In this document: one piece after another, positions 34,916 to 48,265 of the stretch
Numbering within the stretch: position 1 is the first letter of the stretch
Layout: each line of letters begins with the position of its first letter
DNA from: Schizosaccharomyces osmophilus
Lineage: Eukaryota
Reading direction: 5' to 3'
Length of the DNA stretch: 64,000 nucleotides
NCBI RefSeq assembly: GCF_027921745.1
Contig: NC_079238.1
Span: 4,836,001-4,900,000 of the forward strand
The notes under the pieces: generated by a model
What the model was told of the DNA's origin: nothing
What the model saw: the letters and a program-made list of their open reading frames with translations, nothing else
Database searches by the model: none
Translations under genes and position numbers: made by a program

Positions 34916-36067
34916 TCACCCATCAAGTAAAGAGTCAATGGGGGAAGAAGGAGGATCTCGGTCCCTGGGCAACAATTGTTTCAGTCTGAACTTGAGTTTA
35001 ATATCGTCTAAGCTTTCCCAAAGGACCATGGGCTCGGCAACAGGGCTTGGTTTATAGGGAAAATAGCATACGGATGCCAAAAAGTGAAGGATACACCTCT
35101 GGATTCTTCGGTAAACGGTGCGTTTTCGTTTTTCGTGAAAATTAGCAACATAATAATTAGAAAACACCGAGGGATTGCGCGTCCAAGCGTCGAACATTAA
35201 CTGATGCAAATGGGCGTGTTCGTGAGGGAGGAGGGGGAGGGCGATACGAGGCAGAACGTGGTTGTAGGATTTGTGACATGCCTTGATAGCCGTCTTTGCT
35301 TGGTATGTGTACTTTTCAAAGTGGGCCTGGAAATGTTCAGCAGGGGTTTTGGTGATGACATCGTGATTTTTATTTAGTTGAAAGACGATTTGCAACAGCG
35401 GAGAAATGTAGGGCAGCTTGAAAGGATCAATATGGGAGGGAAGATGGTCTTGGGGAGGAAGAGGAGGCCCGGCATTTTGTAGATATTGGAGTCGTCGTTG
35501 TCGAAGGGGACCGTCTTGGGAATACACCTTTGCTAAGATTTCAAAAATGTATCGCTGGTCACCCTTATTTGCACGCTCAACCAAGTTGATCCATTCCTTG
35601 AGTTGGTTTGTAATTTCAGCTTGCTGCTGAGGGGTAGCGACGCGATGTTTAATTCGAAACTTTCGAGCGTAGGATCGAAAATAGTCGGAGAGGATTTTGG
35701 CGGCGAGGGGGTCCCAAAAGGATCGCAAGAGACAAAGTAAAGTCCTGTACCTAGGGAACACTGCCACGCGCTTTAATGTGATGGGTAAAGGAGAACGGAA
35801 GGGGGAGCCAAAGTCTATATGGGTTTGGAAAATGTTGGACAAGAAATGCTTGTCTCTTTTTTGGGCGATGCAAAGGTTGACTCGGGTTCGAGGATGGAGT
35901 GGAAACCTTTTTTTTGTACGGGGAAAGGCAGGAGTGTACTTTAGTTTTCGTCTCAATCTCCGTTCAAGTCTCTTGGGCTTTTCACCGCCAGGACGAGCAT
36001 TGGCAAGCCAAATGCGGGTGTTTCGATCCAAACGCTTGGGTCTCTGCACGTAGCGATACAAAGGCAT
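34916..36067 (-). CDS. Basic, poorly conserved protein, probably mitochondrial (SPBC17G9.13c-like; possible LYR/Gep5-like)
   Basis: 383-codon ORF from ATG 36067; Arg/Lys-rich N-terminus; syntenic position between the HAD gene and enolase. Confidence 0.7.
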   Translation of the reverse strand: MPLYRYVQRPKRLDRNTRIWLANARPGGEKPKRLERRLRRKLKYTPAFPRTKKRFPLHPRTRVNLCIAQKRDKHFLSNIFQTHIDFGSPFRSPLPITLKRVAVFPRYRTLLCLLRSFWDPLAAKILSDYFRSYARKFRIKHRVATPQQQAEITNQLKEWINLVERANKGDQRYIFEILAKVYSQDGPLRQRRLQYLQNAGPPLPPQDHLPSHIDPFKLPYISPLLQIVFQLNKNHDVITKTPAEHFQAHFEKYTYQAKTAIKACHKSYNHVLPRIALPLLPHEHAHLHQLMFDAWTRNPSVFSNYYVANFHEKRKRTVYRRIQRCILHFLASVCYFPYKPSPVAEPMVLWESLDDIKLKFRLKQLLPRDRDPPSSPIDSLLDG

Positions 36068-37371
36068 GACGGGGATCGTAAAACAGGATGTAGGTTGAAA
36101 AAGGAAGGAACGGAGCGTCCAATGGGGGTTTCTTGGTTTGCAATGGCAAGGGATTTGGGAGTACAATACAAAGGGACGGCGTTTTCGAAGAGGGAAAAAG
36201 GTAATTCAAAAATCAAGAGAGAACAGAAAAAAAGCGAGTTGGCAACAAATCTCGCCGGTTTGTTTTTTACGGTAGTGGAGCGAGGAAAATAAGAAGGTGT
36301 TTTCTATAGAGTGAGTAAGTTGGAGAGAGGGACGATGGACAGACGGTGGTGAGTGTTGAAGAAGATACATAACAGAAAGAAACGACAAGATAACAAGGAA
36401 TTCATTGAAAACAATATGATTACATTCAAGAAATTCTATCGTATCTGGAAAATCACACCTCAAAAAATTAATTACACCTAAAAACCCTCTTTTATTTATT
36501 TATTTACCAACGAGTTCCTACTCGCTCGCTTCACCTCGGTATCCCTCTACACCCAACAGGATCGGAACCGAACGAGTCTCAAGAGCTCGCTCGCATCTCC
36601 TCGCTTTCTTTCGCTATCAGCACGTTCTGTAGCCTAGTGTTGCGCACCACAGAAGCGGCATTCATTTTACCCTCCGTAGACAGTCTGCGTGACTTTTTGT
36701 CTCGTTGGGATCGGTCGGGAATGGACCCATTTCTCCGTGGTATTGAATGCACCTCGACCTCCAATCACGGCCCGTTAATAATTTCACCAGCCAATCCGAG
36801 GCCTTCCTGTTTCACCCTCCATAAACATAAACGTAAAAGAGTTGTTCCATCCAACCGCGAAACACCGTTGACGTCGGAAAAACTTAGTGCTACGCGGATC
36901 TTGCGTTTCCTTGGTTGTCCCTTCCCCTGAGCGGTCTCGGGGAAAACCCCAAGTAACCCAAGTTGCGAAAAAAAAACAAAAACAAACCCATCTTCTTGCA
37001 TTTTTAGCAAAACAAACCATGGCTTTTTAAGAAACTAAAAGTATTCTTTCCAAACCATTTGCTCTCTTGTTTTCTCTATGGCTTCGCTTTTCCCTCCTCT
37101 TCTCTACTGCTTTCCCTCTTTTGCGACTCGGCTGTCACCGGCATCGGCGTACGTGTGCAAAGATTGTCGGGTGATTGTTACTTGGGAGAAATCAAGCGAA
37201 GCGGGCTTAGCGACGTAATTGTTCCACCGGCTTCCGTTGAGGTCAGTCATGGTCATATGGAAAATTCGAACGGTGGACGAACCCAGGGCTATATATAGAG
37301 GCCGTTGGTCGCACTATATAGGTCTTCTGTAAGGATCTTATAGCATCTTACACTAAACATATCTATTCATT

Positions 37372-38691
37372 ATGGGAATTGAAAAACTTTACGCTCGTCA
37401 AATCTACGACTCTCGTGGTAACCCTACCGTCGAAGTTGATCTCACTACTGAGACTGGCATCCACCGTGCCATCGTCCCCTCTGGTGCTTCCACTGGTGTC
37501 TGGGAAGCCCTTGAAATGCGTGACGGTGACAAGTCCAAGTGGGGCGGTAAGGGTGTTTTGAACGCTGTTGCCAACGTCAACAACGTTATTGCTCCTGCTC
37601 TCGTCAAGGCTAACCTTGATGTCACTGACCAAAAGGCCGCTGATGAGTTCCTCCTCAAGCTCGACGGTACTGAGAACAAGTCCAAGTTGGGTGCTAACGC
37701 CATCTTGGGTGTCTCCATGGCTGTCTGCCGTGCTGGTGCCGCTCAAAAGAAGCTCCCTCTCTGGAAGTACATTGCTGAAGTTTTCGGCAACAAGGGCCCC
37801 TTCACCCTCCCCGTTCCTTCTTTCAACGTTTTGAACGGTGGTGGTCACGCTGGTGGTGAATTGGCTTTCCAAGAATTCATGATTCTCCCCGTCGGTGCTC
37901 CCTCTTTCTCTGAAGCCATGCGTTGGGGTTCCGAGACCTACCAAGCCCTCAAGTCCATCGCCAAGAAGCGTTATGGTCCTTCCGCCGGTAACGTCGGTGA
38001 CGAGGGTGGTATTGCTCCTGACTTGTCTACTCCTCAAGAAGCTCTTGACCTCATTGTCGAAGCCATCAAGAACGCTGGTTACGAAGGTAAGATCAAGATT
38101 GCTCTTGATGTCGCTTCCTCTGAATTCTACGTCGACGGCAAGTACGACGTTGACATCAAGGCCAAGAACCCCAAGCCTGAAAACAAGCTCTCTTTCGAGC
38201 AACTCACCAAGGTTTACTCTGAGCTCTCCAAGCAATACCCCATCATCTCCATCGAAGACCCCTTCGACCAAGACGACTGGTCTGCCTGGAGCCACATGAA
38301 GGCTGCCACTAACTTCCAAATCGTTGGTGATGACTTGACTGTTACCAACACCAAGCGTCTCACCACCGCCATTGAGAAGAAGTGCGCCAACGCCCTTCTC
38401 TTGAAGGTCAACCAAATCGGTACCGTCTCTGAATCTTTGGCTGCCGTCAAGATGTCCTACGATGCCGGTTGGGGTGTCATGGTTTCTCACCGTTCCGGTG
38501 AAACCGCCGACACTTTCATCTCCCACTTGACTGTCGGTATCTCCTCCGGTCAAATCAAGTCTGGTGCTCCTTGCCGTTCTGAGCGTTTGGCCAAGTACAA
38601 CGAACTCCTCCGTATCGAGGAAGAGCTCGGTGGTGAAAAGGCTCTCTACGCTGGTGAGAAGGCCACTGACTACATTAAGGGAGTTTTCTAA
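37372..38691 (+). CDS. eno101: Enolase
   Basis: [40 protein letters not shown] motifs; extreme codon bias; TATATATAG at ~37290. Confidence 0.97.
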   Translation: MGIEKLYARQIYDSRGNPTVEVDLTTETGIHRAIVPSGASTGVWEALEMRDGDKSKWGGKGVLNAVANVNNVIAPALVKANLDVTDQKAADEFLLKLDGTENKSKLGANAILGVSMAVCRAGAAQKKLPLWKYIAEVFGNKGPFTLPVPSFNVLNGGGHAGGELAFQEFMILPVGAPSFSEAMRWGSETYQALKSIAKKRYGPSAGNVGDEGGIAPDLSTPQEALDLIVEAIKNAGYEGKIKIALDVASSEFYVDGKYDVDIKAKNPKPENKLSFEQLTKVYSELSKQYPIISIEDPFDQDDWSAWSHMKAATNFQIVGDDLTVTNTKRLTTAIEKKCANALLLKVNQIGTVSESLAAVKMSYDAGWGVMVSHRSGETADTFISHLTVGISSGQIKSGAPCRSERLAKYNELLRIEEELGGEKALYAGEKATDYIKGVF

Positions 38692-39067
38692 TTTGAAAAT
38701 GTCTAATGTGTATTTACCTATTTTGTTTTTTAATAGAATGCAATGAATTCAGTTTTTGCCTTTTTCGGAATAAATTTTTAATTCTTCATTGAACTTTTCT
38801 CTTTTTCTCGCTGTAGATTGTAAACTTGTAGCTTTATCACTTTTAATACTTTTAATTGAAAATAGTATTCCAATTTATCAACCGTGTATGAATAATAAAT
38901 CAAAAAGATGAATACACACTTGTAACAGGAAACTACTTCTACCTCTCTTACAAAACATCACGAGATTCTACTGATGAAATACCAACAAAAGAAAAACATA
39001 AATCCATATTATACATACTTAAATAGATCATCACAGCACAAACGAAAGAAACAAAGCTTGAAATCCC

Positions 39068-40129
39068 TTACAAGAGGTCCGCGTCCAAAGACGAACAGTC
39101 GATCTTAAGGGCTGTCGGATGCCGCCGAGTAGAAGACGACAGTGTTTCTGATGGAGTCCGTGAAAGACGTGAATGCAGACCTCTCGAGTTGACCAATGGG
39201 CGCCGAAGAGGTTTTCGAGTTGTAGAGAAAGAACCAGAAGTCGGTTTTCGAATACGAGACTTCAGGGGTTGCGTTTTGGGTATAGGAGCAACAGCAGGCT
39301 TCTTGGACGTGTCGACGTTTGCAGCCCTGGAAACAATGTTTGGGTTCCTTTCTGTGAGAGGGGCCCCACTGTCGAGATCTAACAAGGGAAGCTCAATGTT
39401 TTCTAATCTTTCATCGTTATCCTCTTCATTGGGTTTCTCCACAGCGGCGGCGTTGCTACCGTTTTTTGAGGACGGCGTTTCTTCAAATACCCGAAATGCA
39501 GGCGATCGGTTCAGTGAAGAACTCTTGCTCACCGGTGGACGAACAGAACGTTGCTCTCCAACAGCTGTTTGACCAGGTGGAGCAAGATCTGCGGTCCAGC
39601 ATTTACCGAGTTGACGAAAATCAATGGATACATCTTCCAGTCCTAAATTAGCAAGTGGATCCAAGGATGCTGTTGGTGGCATGTATTCTAAGTCATCGGC
39701 CTCGCCATCGTCAATGGAGATGTGATGCTGGGTAGTCGTATCCTGCTGCGTATCTTGATTGAAAAATGTTTGCTCAGCATTTCCTTTTCTATCAGGAGAT
39801 TCATGAATCATGGAATCATCTTTGGTTGAGGAAGGCGTTTGCAGAGAGCTTAGAGAATCCATAGAAATATCCATTGGAGAAGGCTTAAAGAGAGAAGGAG
39901 CAGATGGAATCAAAGAAGGGGTAAAAACATCGTCTCCAACAGAGTGCGTTTTGCGAATGTTTGTGCTTTTCCCTCCTAGAATGGTTCTTGATGCAGTTCT
40001 ACCCGTTGGCGTGCCATTCGCTGTTTTTTTCGAGGTCAGCGAAGCATTTTTAGCTTCTTCTAATCTACCATCATGTTTTTGAGGCACGGGAGTCACCGGA
40101 ACGGTGTTTTCTTTTCCATACGAAAACAT
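39068..40129 (-). CDS. cut2: Securin Cut2
   Basis: MFSYGKEN start, D-box RTILGGKSTN, SPMDISMDS, DLEYMPP separase-binding motif, IDCSSLDADLL end resembling S. pombe Cut2. Confidence 0.9.
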   Translation of the reverse strand: MFSYGKENTVPVTPVPQKHDGRLEEAKNASLTSKKTANGTPTGRTASRTILGGKSTNIRKTHSVGDDVFTPSLIPSAPSLFKPSPMDISMDSLSSLQTPSSTKDDSMIHESPDRKGNAEQTFFNQDTQQDTTTQHHISIDDGEADDLEYMPPTASLDPLANLGLEDVSIDFRQLGKCWTADLAPPGQTAVGEQRSVRPPVSKSSSLNRSPAFRVFEETPSSKNGSNAAAVEKPNEEDNDERLENIELPLLDLDSGAPLTERNPNIVSRAANVDTSKKPAVAPIPKTQPLKSRIRKPTSGSFSTTRKPLRRPLVNSRGLHSRLSRTPSETLSSSTRRHPTALKIDCSSLDADLL

Positions 40130-40921
40130 GGCTTTTGGTATGTAAAGAGGCCGCTGCTTTCATATTTCCGGAAAGCAAGTGACAGTATTTGTTTATGTTA
40201 CCCGAAAAAGAAAGAAAATAATACAGGTGAAAAGAATCAGTCAGAAAGGCAAATAAAAACAGTAGAATGACCGTCGTTTCCTTCAAATTTTCGCAGTAAA
40301 AACGAAGTGGCCTTTTGGTTAGCCAAAAATTTCCATGGTTGTACTAATGGAGCTAGGATGCCATGTTGTGCTGATAGATGATTTATCCTTCTAGAGGTTT
40401 TCGAGCTCGTACAAAGTTTCCAACTGTAATTTTCTACATGAAAAGCAACCTTGATGTCCTTCAGTAGTGTTTGCTATATTTGCTCATAGGAAGCAAAATC
40501 CACCTTCAGCATGAGATGATTTAACTCTGCAAAAACTAAGGGCCAAAAATAGATATCAGAAGCCCAATTCAGCCATGGTATGCAATTTTATAGAGGAACT
40601 CCTTTCCTTTCTCGATAGAGTGCATGCAAAGGTATTTTCCCAATGGACGACAATTGTCAGCGTTTTGTGCACGAATGTTCCTTTTTCTTTTCACCTCAAT
40701 ATATTTTTAATAATAAAAGAAAAGGAAGAACGATCAAAACTAGGACTTCCTCCAGTGGCCATCCTGCCCTCATGAACTGGCTCCACTAATTGGCACACGT
40801 CTCCTTCACGTCCACCATACCCTACCCATCCGACAAAAATTAGTTTGTCGAAAAAGGCTCTTCTTTGGAGTCCCTTCTACGTGTTCTTTCGTTTAATAAA
40901 ACCTCAAAATAAAAATTTCAG

Positions 40922-42193
40922 ATGATCGTCTCACGAAGGATGCTTCGTGGCCGTTATGGTCCAAAGCTGTTGGAACGTTCTTTGCAAACGTCCGCTTCGA
41001 ACCGTAATCCTGGGCCACAATCTCCTATGAAAGTCTTTATGGACACATTTCGTTCCGAATTAAAAAAGAGCCAAGACTTTCAAAACAGTGTGAAGGCACT
41101 CCAAGACAGTTCTGGCAATTTGGGCGAAAGCGACGCTTTTAAGCGCGCCCGTGATGCCTATGATAAAGCTCGTCAAGGAACATCCGTAGCTTCAAAAAGC
41201 ATGGGAAAGGCAGGTTCTGCCCTCGGTACTGGAGCACATAAAGCTTGGGAAAGTGCTCCAATGCGTTTCTCGCGTAAAGTCATCGCGGGTACCACCGACA
41301 GTGTAACAAGCGGTGTGGACAAAGCTACTCAGCCTGTCCGTAAAACTGCTCTTTACAAAACCGTAAAAAACACCATGTCGGATGGTAGCACCTCATCTCG
41401 ATATGGATTTTATGCCGATAAGGAACAACGAAAAAAACTTCGCGAAGAATTTGAAAAGAAAACGCACATGTTTGGTCGTCCCGCTAAAATCCAACCTAAT
41501 GACGATGTTCAGAGTGTAGTCGTGCATGCGAATCCTTCATGGAAGAATAAAGTGGACCAGATTACTAGTGAATCGAAAGTTGTCCGTAAACTTCAAGAAT
41601 TCAGAAGAATCTACGAAGAATCTGAACATCCCATTATTTCTTCCATTCGTGATTTGGCTGACAGCATCAGTGGAACTTGGTCTCGCATGTTTTCGGAAAC
41701 CGAGGCTTCCCAAGTCATGACCCGTTTCAAGGAGATAGATCCTGCTTTCAATCTCGAGCAATTCTTGCAATATTTACGTGAATACGTCGTTCCCGAAGTT
41801 ACCGAAGCTTATGTGAAGGGCGATAAAGAAGTTTTGCGAGCCTGGTTTTCTGAAGCTCCCTTTTCCGTGTACGAAACAACTACGAAGGAGTACGCCAAGC
41901 ATGGAATTGTAAGCGTTGGAAGAATTTTGGATATCCGCGGCGTCGACATCATGTCGCAAAGACTTTTGCAACCAAGCAACGTCCCCGTCCTCATTGTTAC
42001 TTTCCGCACTCAAGAAGTTCACATGTTTAAGAATGCTCTGAGCGGCGAAATGGTTGCTGGACGTGAAGATCGTATCCAGCAATGCACATATGCCGCCGTG
42101 CTTACTCGTATCGAAGAAGATATGGAGAATAAGGAAACTAGAGGCTGGTGTATAGTTGATTTTGCCCGTGCTCGTGCTGTCGACTATTTCTAA
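40922..42193 (+). CDS. tim44: Mitochondrial import translocase subunit Tim44
   Basis: Arg-rich presequence, ELKKSQDFQNSVKALQ, C-terminal Tim44 domain (IDPAFNLEQF..YVVPEV..AYVKGD). Confidence 0.93.
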   Translation: MIVSRRMLRGRYGPKLLERSLQTSASNRNPGPQSPMKVFMDTFRSELKKSQDFQNSVKALQDSSGNLGESDAFKRARDAYDKARQGTSVASKSMGKAGSALGTGAHKAWESAPMRFSRKVIAGTTDSVTSGVDKATQPVRKTALYKTVKNTMSDGSTSSRYGFYADKEQRKKLREEFEKKTHMFGRPAKIQPNDDVQSVVVHANPSWKNKVDQITSESKVVRKLQEFRRIYEESEHPIISSIRDLADSISGTWSRMFSETEASQVMTRFKEIDPAFNLEQFLQYLREYVVPEVTEAYVKGDKEVLRAWFSEAPFSVYETTTKEYAKHGIVSVGRILDIRGVDIMSQRLLQPSNVPVLIVTFRTQEVHMFKNALSGEMVAGREDRIQQCTYAAVLTRIEEDMENKETRGWCIVDFARARAVDYF

Positions 42194-42928
42194 TTTAAAC
42201 GAATTCTCGGAAACGTTTTACGTTACAAATTCTTCTTTTATTTTCGATACGTTTGCATATTTTTCCGGCAGTGGATGCCGATCCGCATATGTTTTGATTC
42301 CTTTCTACATAATTTTTTGTTTACTCATTTTCACCTAAAAACCCCGTTCAACGTTTGATTCGGATAATACGTTTCTCTACTAATACAAAGCTACACAATT
42401 ATAGGAATGAAAGGTCTTGTAATGGTAGCTATTCCAAAATTTGTTTTTGGTTTTTTGTTGTACCTTTACTTGAATTCGCCCACAGATTTATTTCTGCTTT
42501 TTTCGTATATGTTTAATTCTATATGATTTTGAATCTTGGGGAAGTCTTTTGACATTCTGCATTGAAACCGTAAATACAAGAAACGTATAAGTAGCTATGA
42601 AAGCAAAAGTGATTTATATCTGTTTTGCGTAAATCAATGGGCATATTACGATCAAAAGAAAACCTTTGCAATGCCCGCTTTCTTTCTCAAAAGGTAGTAT
42701 GATTACAGCATTCTTTTTTTAACAAACGACGTGCTCAGTCGTTTTGTAGATCAAACATTGCCAAGATTGTAGCTATTTCAAGTTTACTAAACGTTATACT
42801 TTTTTGTTTACATAAATAGGAAGGTGGATCCATTTGTAAATATTACTGTTGCTATAACAACTCGGTACATTCGAGGTAGGGTGGCCCCTATGTTTGGAAC
42901 TTTGCCTTCAACCAAACACTCCAAATAA

Positions 42929-44248
<1,320 letters not shown>

Positions 44249-45165
44249 AACTTTCCGAACCTAATGTCTGCAATATTAGCATTGTAATTATAGGAAAAAA
44301 AAGCTTTGTTTTATTAGATTAATTTTTGTATCTTTGCCTTAGCAGTTAAATAATGGTTTCTGGTTTATAATAATTTGTTTTTTGACTGTATGCAATAATA
44401 ACTACAGGGTGAACAGTCGTAGAAGACATTTGAAGGTTGAACGAGAAGAGCAAAAGAAGTTGATAATTCATTCAATTTCAAAGTTCATTGCTTCCTTGAA
44501 ACGCTCAACAGGTCGCACACATTAATGTTTGTTTGACGAGTTCATGAAACATTGATTTTGGCGAGAGGAACTTATCGTGTCACAGTATATGCTTCACAAA
44601 TATTTCCAAGACTGGTATACAGTAGAATAATTAAATGTGTTTGTCAAGAGCGTGAAACACTTTGGAGCATACAAACATAGGTCTTAAGATATCGAGTAGA
44701 GTGTATGGATACACATATTAGGAAGGAGCTTGAAACGTTGTCTACGGTTTGTACGCTGTGTTGTCATAGCTTCTATGAAAACCTGTATTCTGTTCATTCC
44801 ATCCGAACACCTGGTAGCGATAATTTTGTATTATCATGCCTTCTTAATCCGTCCAATGCAATAAGAGTAAACCTGATTTTCTTAGAAAACTAGGAATGTT
44901 TGTGACCACTATAAAGAAAAAAAGATGCTAATTATGCAAATTAAATGATGGAAATTCCACTGCTTCGTTTCGGATTTACATTTAGTCATTACGCTTCAAA
45001 AGCTCATGGGGAGCCATATATAATATTGACAGAAAAATTTATTTGAATGAATGAATTCAGTAGATTTCTACTCTTGAACCATAATACTGATGGGCGGACA
45101 TAATTTTGTTATCACTAGTACAAACACCTTGATCTTGCGTATATCTAAACCTGCGTACAACCATC

Positions 45166-46517
45166 ATGTTAGCCAGAAGATTCAGTCGTACGGTAAGGAT
45201 AGAAAACCGTTCAAAATTTTTTATTTTTTCAAACATTACTGATAAATTATTCAGGTCAATCATTTTGTCCGAAGGAAAGCGACTTATGTGAATTCTCCTA
45301 TAACTTACAAGGCTTTGCATGCAAATGCACCTTTACCTCGATGCCATATCATTGAGCCTCCTCGTGCTACAGTCCCTGAGGCTGTTTCTAACGTAAGATG
45401 CTTTTGGGTTTTTGGAATCTGAGTCTTTGATTGGGAATATCCTCAATGGTGTATAACTGGATGCAAAATTTTGCATTCCCGATGAATGATTGATCGGAAT
45501 TATGCAAAGTATTTTAAATACATTTAGATGTGTTGTCTTGTTTTCTTGACTTTTTTGAACTCTATCAAGTTACAATTATAGAACCGGTACCAAAACGAAA
45601 GAAAAGAAGAGAACCCCCTTGTGGTATACCATTTCACTTAATGACTCATATTTCAATTCCTTGTTTTTTGAGTATTCTTTACTAACAACTCTCAGATTAT
45701 TGCTTCCACTCCCTTCAATCGTATTCCCAAACCCCAGCGTCACGTCTTCAACTGTCTTGTCCAAAATGAACCTGGTGTCCTTTCTCGTCTATCTGGTATT
45801 TTGGCTGCCCGTGGCTTCAACATCGACTCTCTGGTCGTTTGTGCTACTGAAGTCGAAAACCTTTCCCGCATGACCATTGCAATCAGAGGGTAAGTGAATT
45901 TTCTTTGTTGATTGTTTCTCTGTTTCCTCAAACCTAACACTTATGACAGAAACGATGAAGTTGTTGAACAAGCGAGACGCCAAATTGAAGATATCGTTTC
46001 AGTTTGGGCTGTCTTGGACTATACCGGTACTGATATTGTAGAGCGTGAATTGCTTTTGGCCAAAGTATCCCTCTTGGGTCCTGACCACTTCCAACAGCAC
46101 TTCGAAAGAGAAATGCCAGAGACTGCTGCTGAAGAAGTTGAACAAGCTACTTCCTCTGTTGATAATACCATGACTGCAAGTGCTGCTTTGCAACTTAGAG
46201 CAAACCAGCTTTCTGCCATTAATCAAGTTACTCATCTCTTTAACGGTCGAGTTTCGGATATCTCTACCGAAAGTGTTATAATTGAATTGACTGCTCGTCC
46301 CGGTCGTGTTGATAACTTTTTGTCTTTACTTCGTCCTTTCGGTGTGTTGGAAGCCAGTCGTACAGGTACTACAGCCATGGCACGTTCTCCTCTTTCCAAC
46401 GCAATTTCAGATAAAGCCACTGAAGATGCTGTAAGTACCATTTTACTATACTCCTTTTTCCCTAACTAACTTGTATATTAGGATAATGATGAAGTTGTCG
46501 ATTTGCCACCTGGTTAA
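45166..46517 (+). CDS. ilv6: Acetolactate synthase regulatory subunit; exons 45166-45192, 45255-45392, 45696-45889, 45950-46430, 46482-46517
   Basis: Four GT-AG introns give a continuous frame: presequence, HVFNCLVQNEPGVLSRLSGILAARGFNIDSL ACT domain, ERELLLAKV, terminal LPPG. Confidence 0.92.
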
Positions 46518-46915
46518 ACGTAGAGAGTGCTTGCTAGGGTAGTTAATCTCCTTTTTCATACTTATCCATCTTTACTCTTTTTGACTGTTCACCTTCTTTA
46601 AGCATATTAGTTTTTGAGTTTGTGTCCTATACTTATCTGCGGTGGTGGAACTTAAATATTTTGGCTCACAAAAATATACGGCAATATCAAATTTGTCTTG
46701 GAACCTGAAAATATTTCTATATTGTGAATAGGAAATAGTTGTGATAAGTGTTTTAGAACATGTATGCTTGCTAATTTTTGACGAATCATAAAATGTAATT
46801 GACTATTTAAAATTTGAATTCCACCCGTTTAGCCGAGGGTGTCCTGTGCATTCATTACTATTCATTATGCTACGTTGTCGTGAATATTATGCGTAGCTAA
46901 AGCGTTCTCCTGCAA

Positions 46916-48265
46916 TTACTCTGTGCGTTTGATAGCTTCTCTTCTGTAAATGGCGTTCAACAAAGAGCTATAGCTCCAAGTTAAATCCAAGGCGCCCATT
47001 TGTTTGCCATCTACACGAGATATTTGCTCAGACATGGAACCATTGGGACCATGGAATTCCGAAGCATCTTGTAAAAATTTGTCGGCGTACTTGATCATGT
47101 TCTTGCGGATAAGAGGCCAGTTGTAAGGATCACCAAATTCAGCAAACTCAACGAAAAATTGTATATTGTGGTTAGTGAGTTCTGGAAGGCCATAAGAGTC
47201 ATAGTATTGAATAGCCTTATAGATCACTTCGGCTGCACTGTGGGTACAAAGGAACCAAGGATTGCCAATGGAGCTACCAACACCATCATACACATCTTCC
47301 AAATAGCGGCCGATAAGCTGCTTGTGTCCTTGATTGACAGCATAAGAGTTAGTCATTGACTCTTGGAGCTTCTTTAACGTAGGGAGCGTATGCGTGTCAA
47401 ACTCTTTAGAATAAAGAGAAGCCAGCAAAACAGAACAGTCGAGTCCAGAACGATTAGGAATGTTTTTGTAGCCTTTAATGATTCCCGATTGATGGTCCCA
47501 AAACTCGCCAAGCTTGAGATCTATAGGATGTATAGTTTCGGCATAAAGAGTGGATTGATCCCGAGCTCCAATACGCATTGCAAAGGCCGCACCTTCTTGT
47601 AAGGCGGTTTTTTGGACGCTCAATGTGAAATAGTGAACATCTTGGATTTCTTCCCAAAGGTCAAAACTAGGTTTCTCCCATACACTGACAGTATAATCCA
47701 AGTCTGCCAGGACTGCTTCAATATAAGGAACAACTTCATGTGGCTCTGTTCCATGATCAAACCGATGGTTTAGATATTTGATAAAGGCCATAGCCCTCAA
47801 GGCAGGAGAGTCGTTCTGAGGACGTCCCCAATCACCTTCGTAGCTCGAGCCGTCAGTATGAAATTTGGGTTCTCCTAAACCTCCGCTATAAAAGTCTCCG
47901 CTAGGGTTTTTGACTTTTTGTAAGCGAACCATCTCATCCATGTACTTTATAATGATCGGATCAAGGAGCTGGTCGCCTTCGAGAAAACGATCAATAACGG
48001 TCATTATGGTAAGAGCACTGTCCCGAACCCATTGGAAATAGTAGTTTGGAACATTGTCGGATGGAGAAGCGATAATGCAACCGGGGTTGATGTTTTTGGT
48101 GTGTTTACCACTGTCTCCAACATTGTCAAGCAGATGGCCCATGGCAATTCCTTTTTGGAGTTCAGTCCAATGATTGATATCCATACTTTCAGATTTTTCA
48201 GCAAATGATATTCCGTGTAATGAAGCGGAGCTAACGATAAAAGCTAAGAGCCAGCGAATATGCAT
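46916..48265 (-). CDS. meu17: Secreted glucoamylase (GH15), meiotically upregulated
   Basis: Signal peptide; YYFQWVRDSA, GLGEPKF, WGRPQNDSPALR, FDLWEE, DLTWSY GH15 motifs. Confidence 0.92.
   Translation of the reverse strand: MHIRWLLAFIVSSASLHGISFAEKSESMDINHWTELQKGIAMGHLLDNVGDSGKHTKNINPGCIIASPSDNVPNYYFQWVRDSALTIMTVIDRFLEGDQLLDPIIIKYMDEMVRLQKVKNPSGDFYSGGLGEPKFHTDGSSYEGDWGRPQNDSPALRAMAFIKYLNHRFDHGTEPHEVVPYIEAVLADLDYTVSVWEKPSFDLWEEIQDVHYFTLSVQKTALQEGAAFAMRIGARDQSTLYAETIHPIDLKLGEFWDHQSGIIKGYKNIPNRSGLDCSVLLASLYSKEFDTHTLPTLKKLQESMTNSYAVNQGHKQLIGRYLEDVYDGVGSSIGNPWFLCTHSAAEVIYKAIQYYDSYGLPELTNHNIQFFVEFAEFGDPYNWPLIRKNMIKYADKFLQDASEFHGPNGSMSEQISRVDGKQMGALDLTWSYSSLLNAIYRREAIKRTE

Noticed and set aside
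37363..38553. 396-aa ORF antisense to enolase
   Set aside because: In-register shadow frame caused by the strong codon bias of a highly expressed gene; no recognisable domain.
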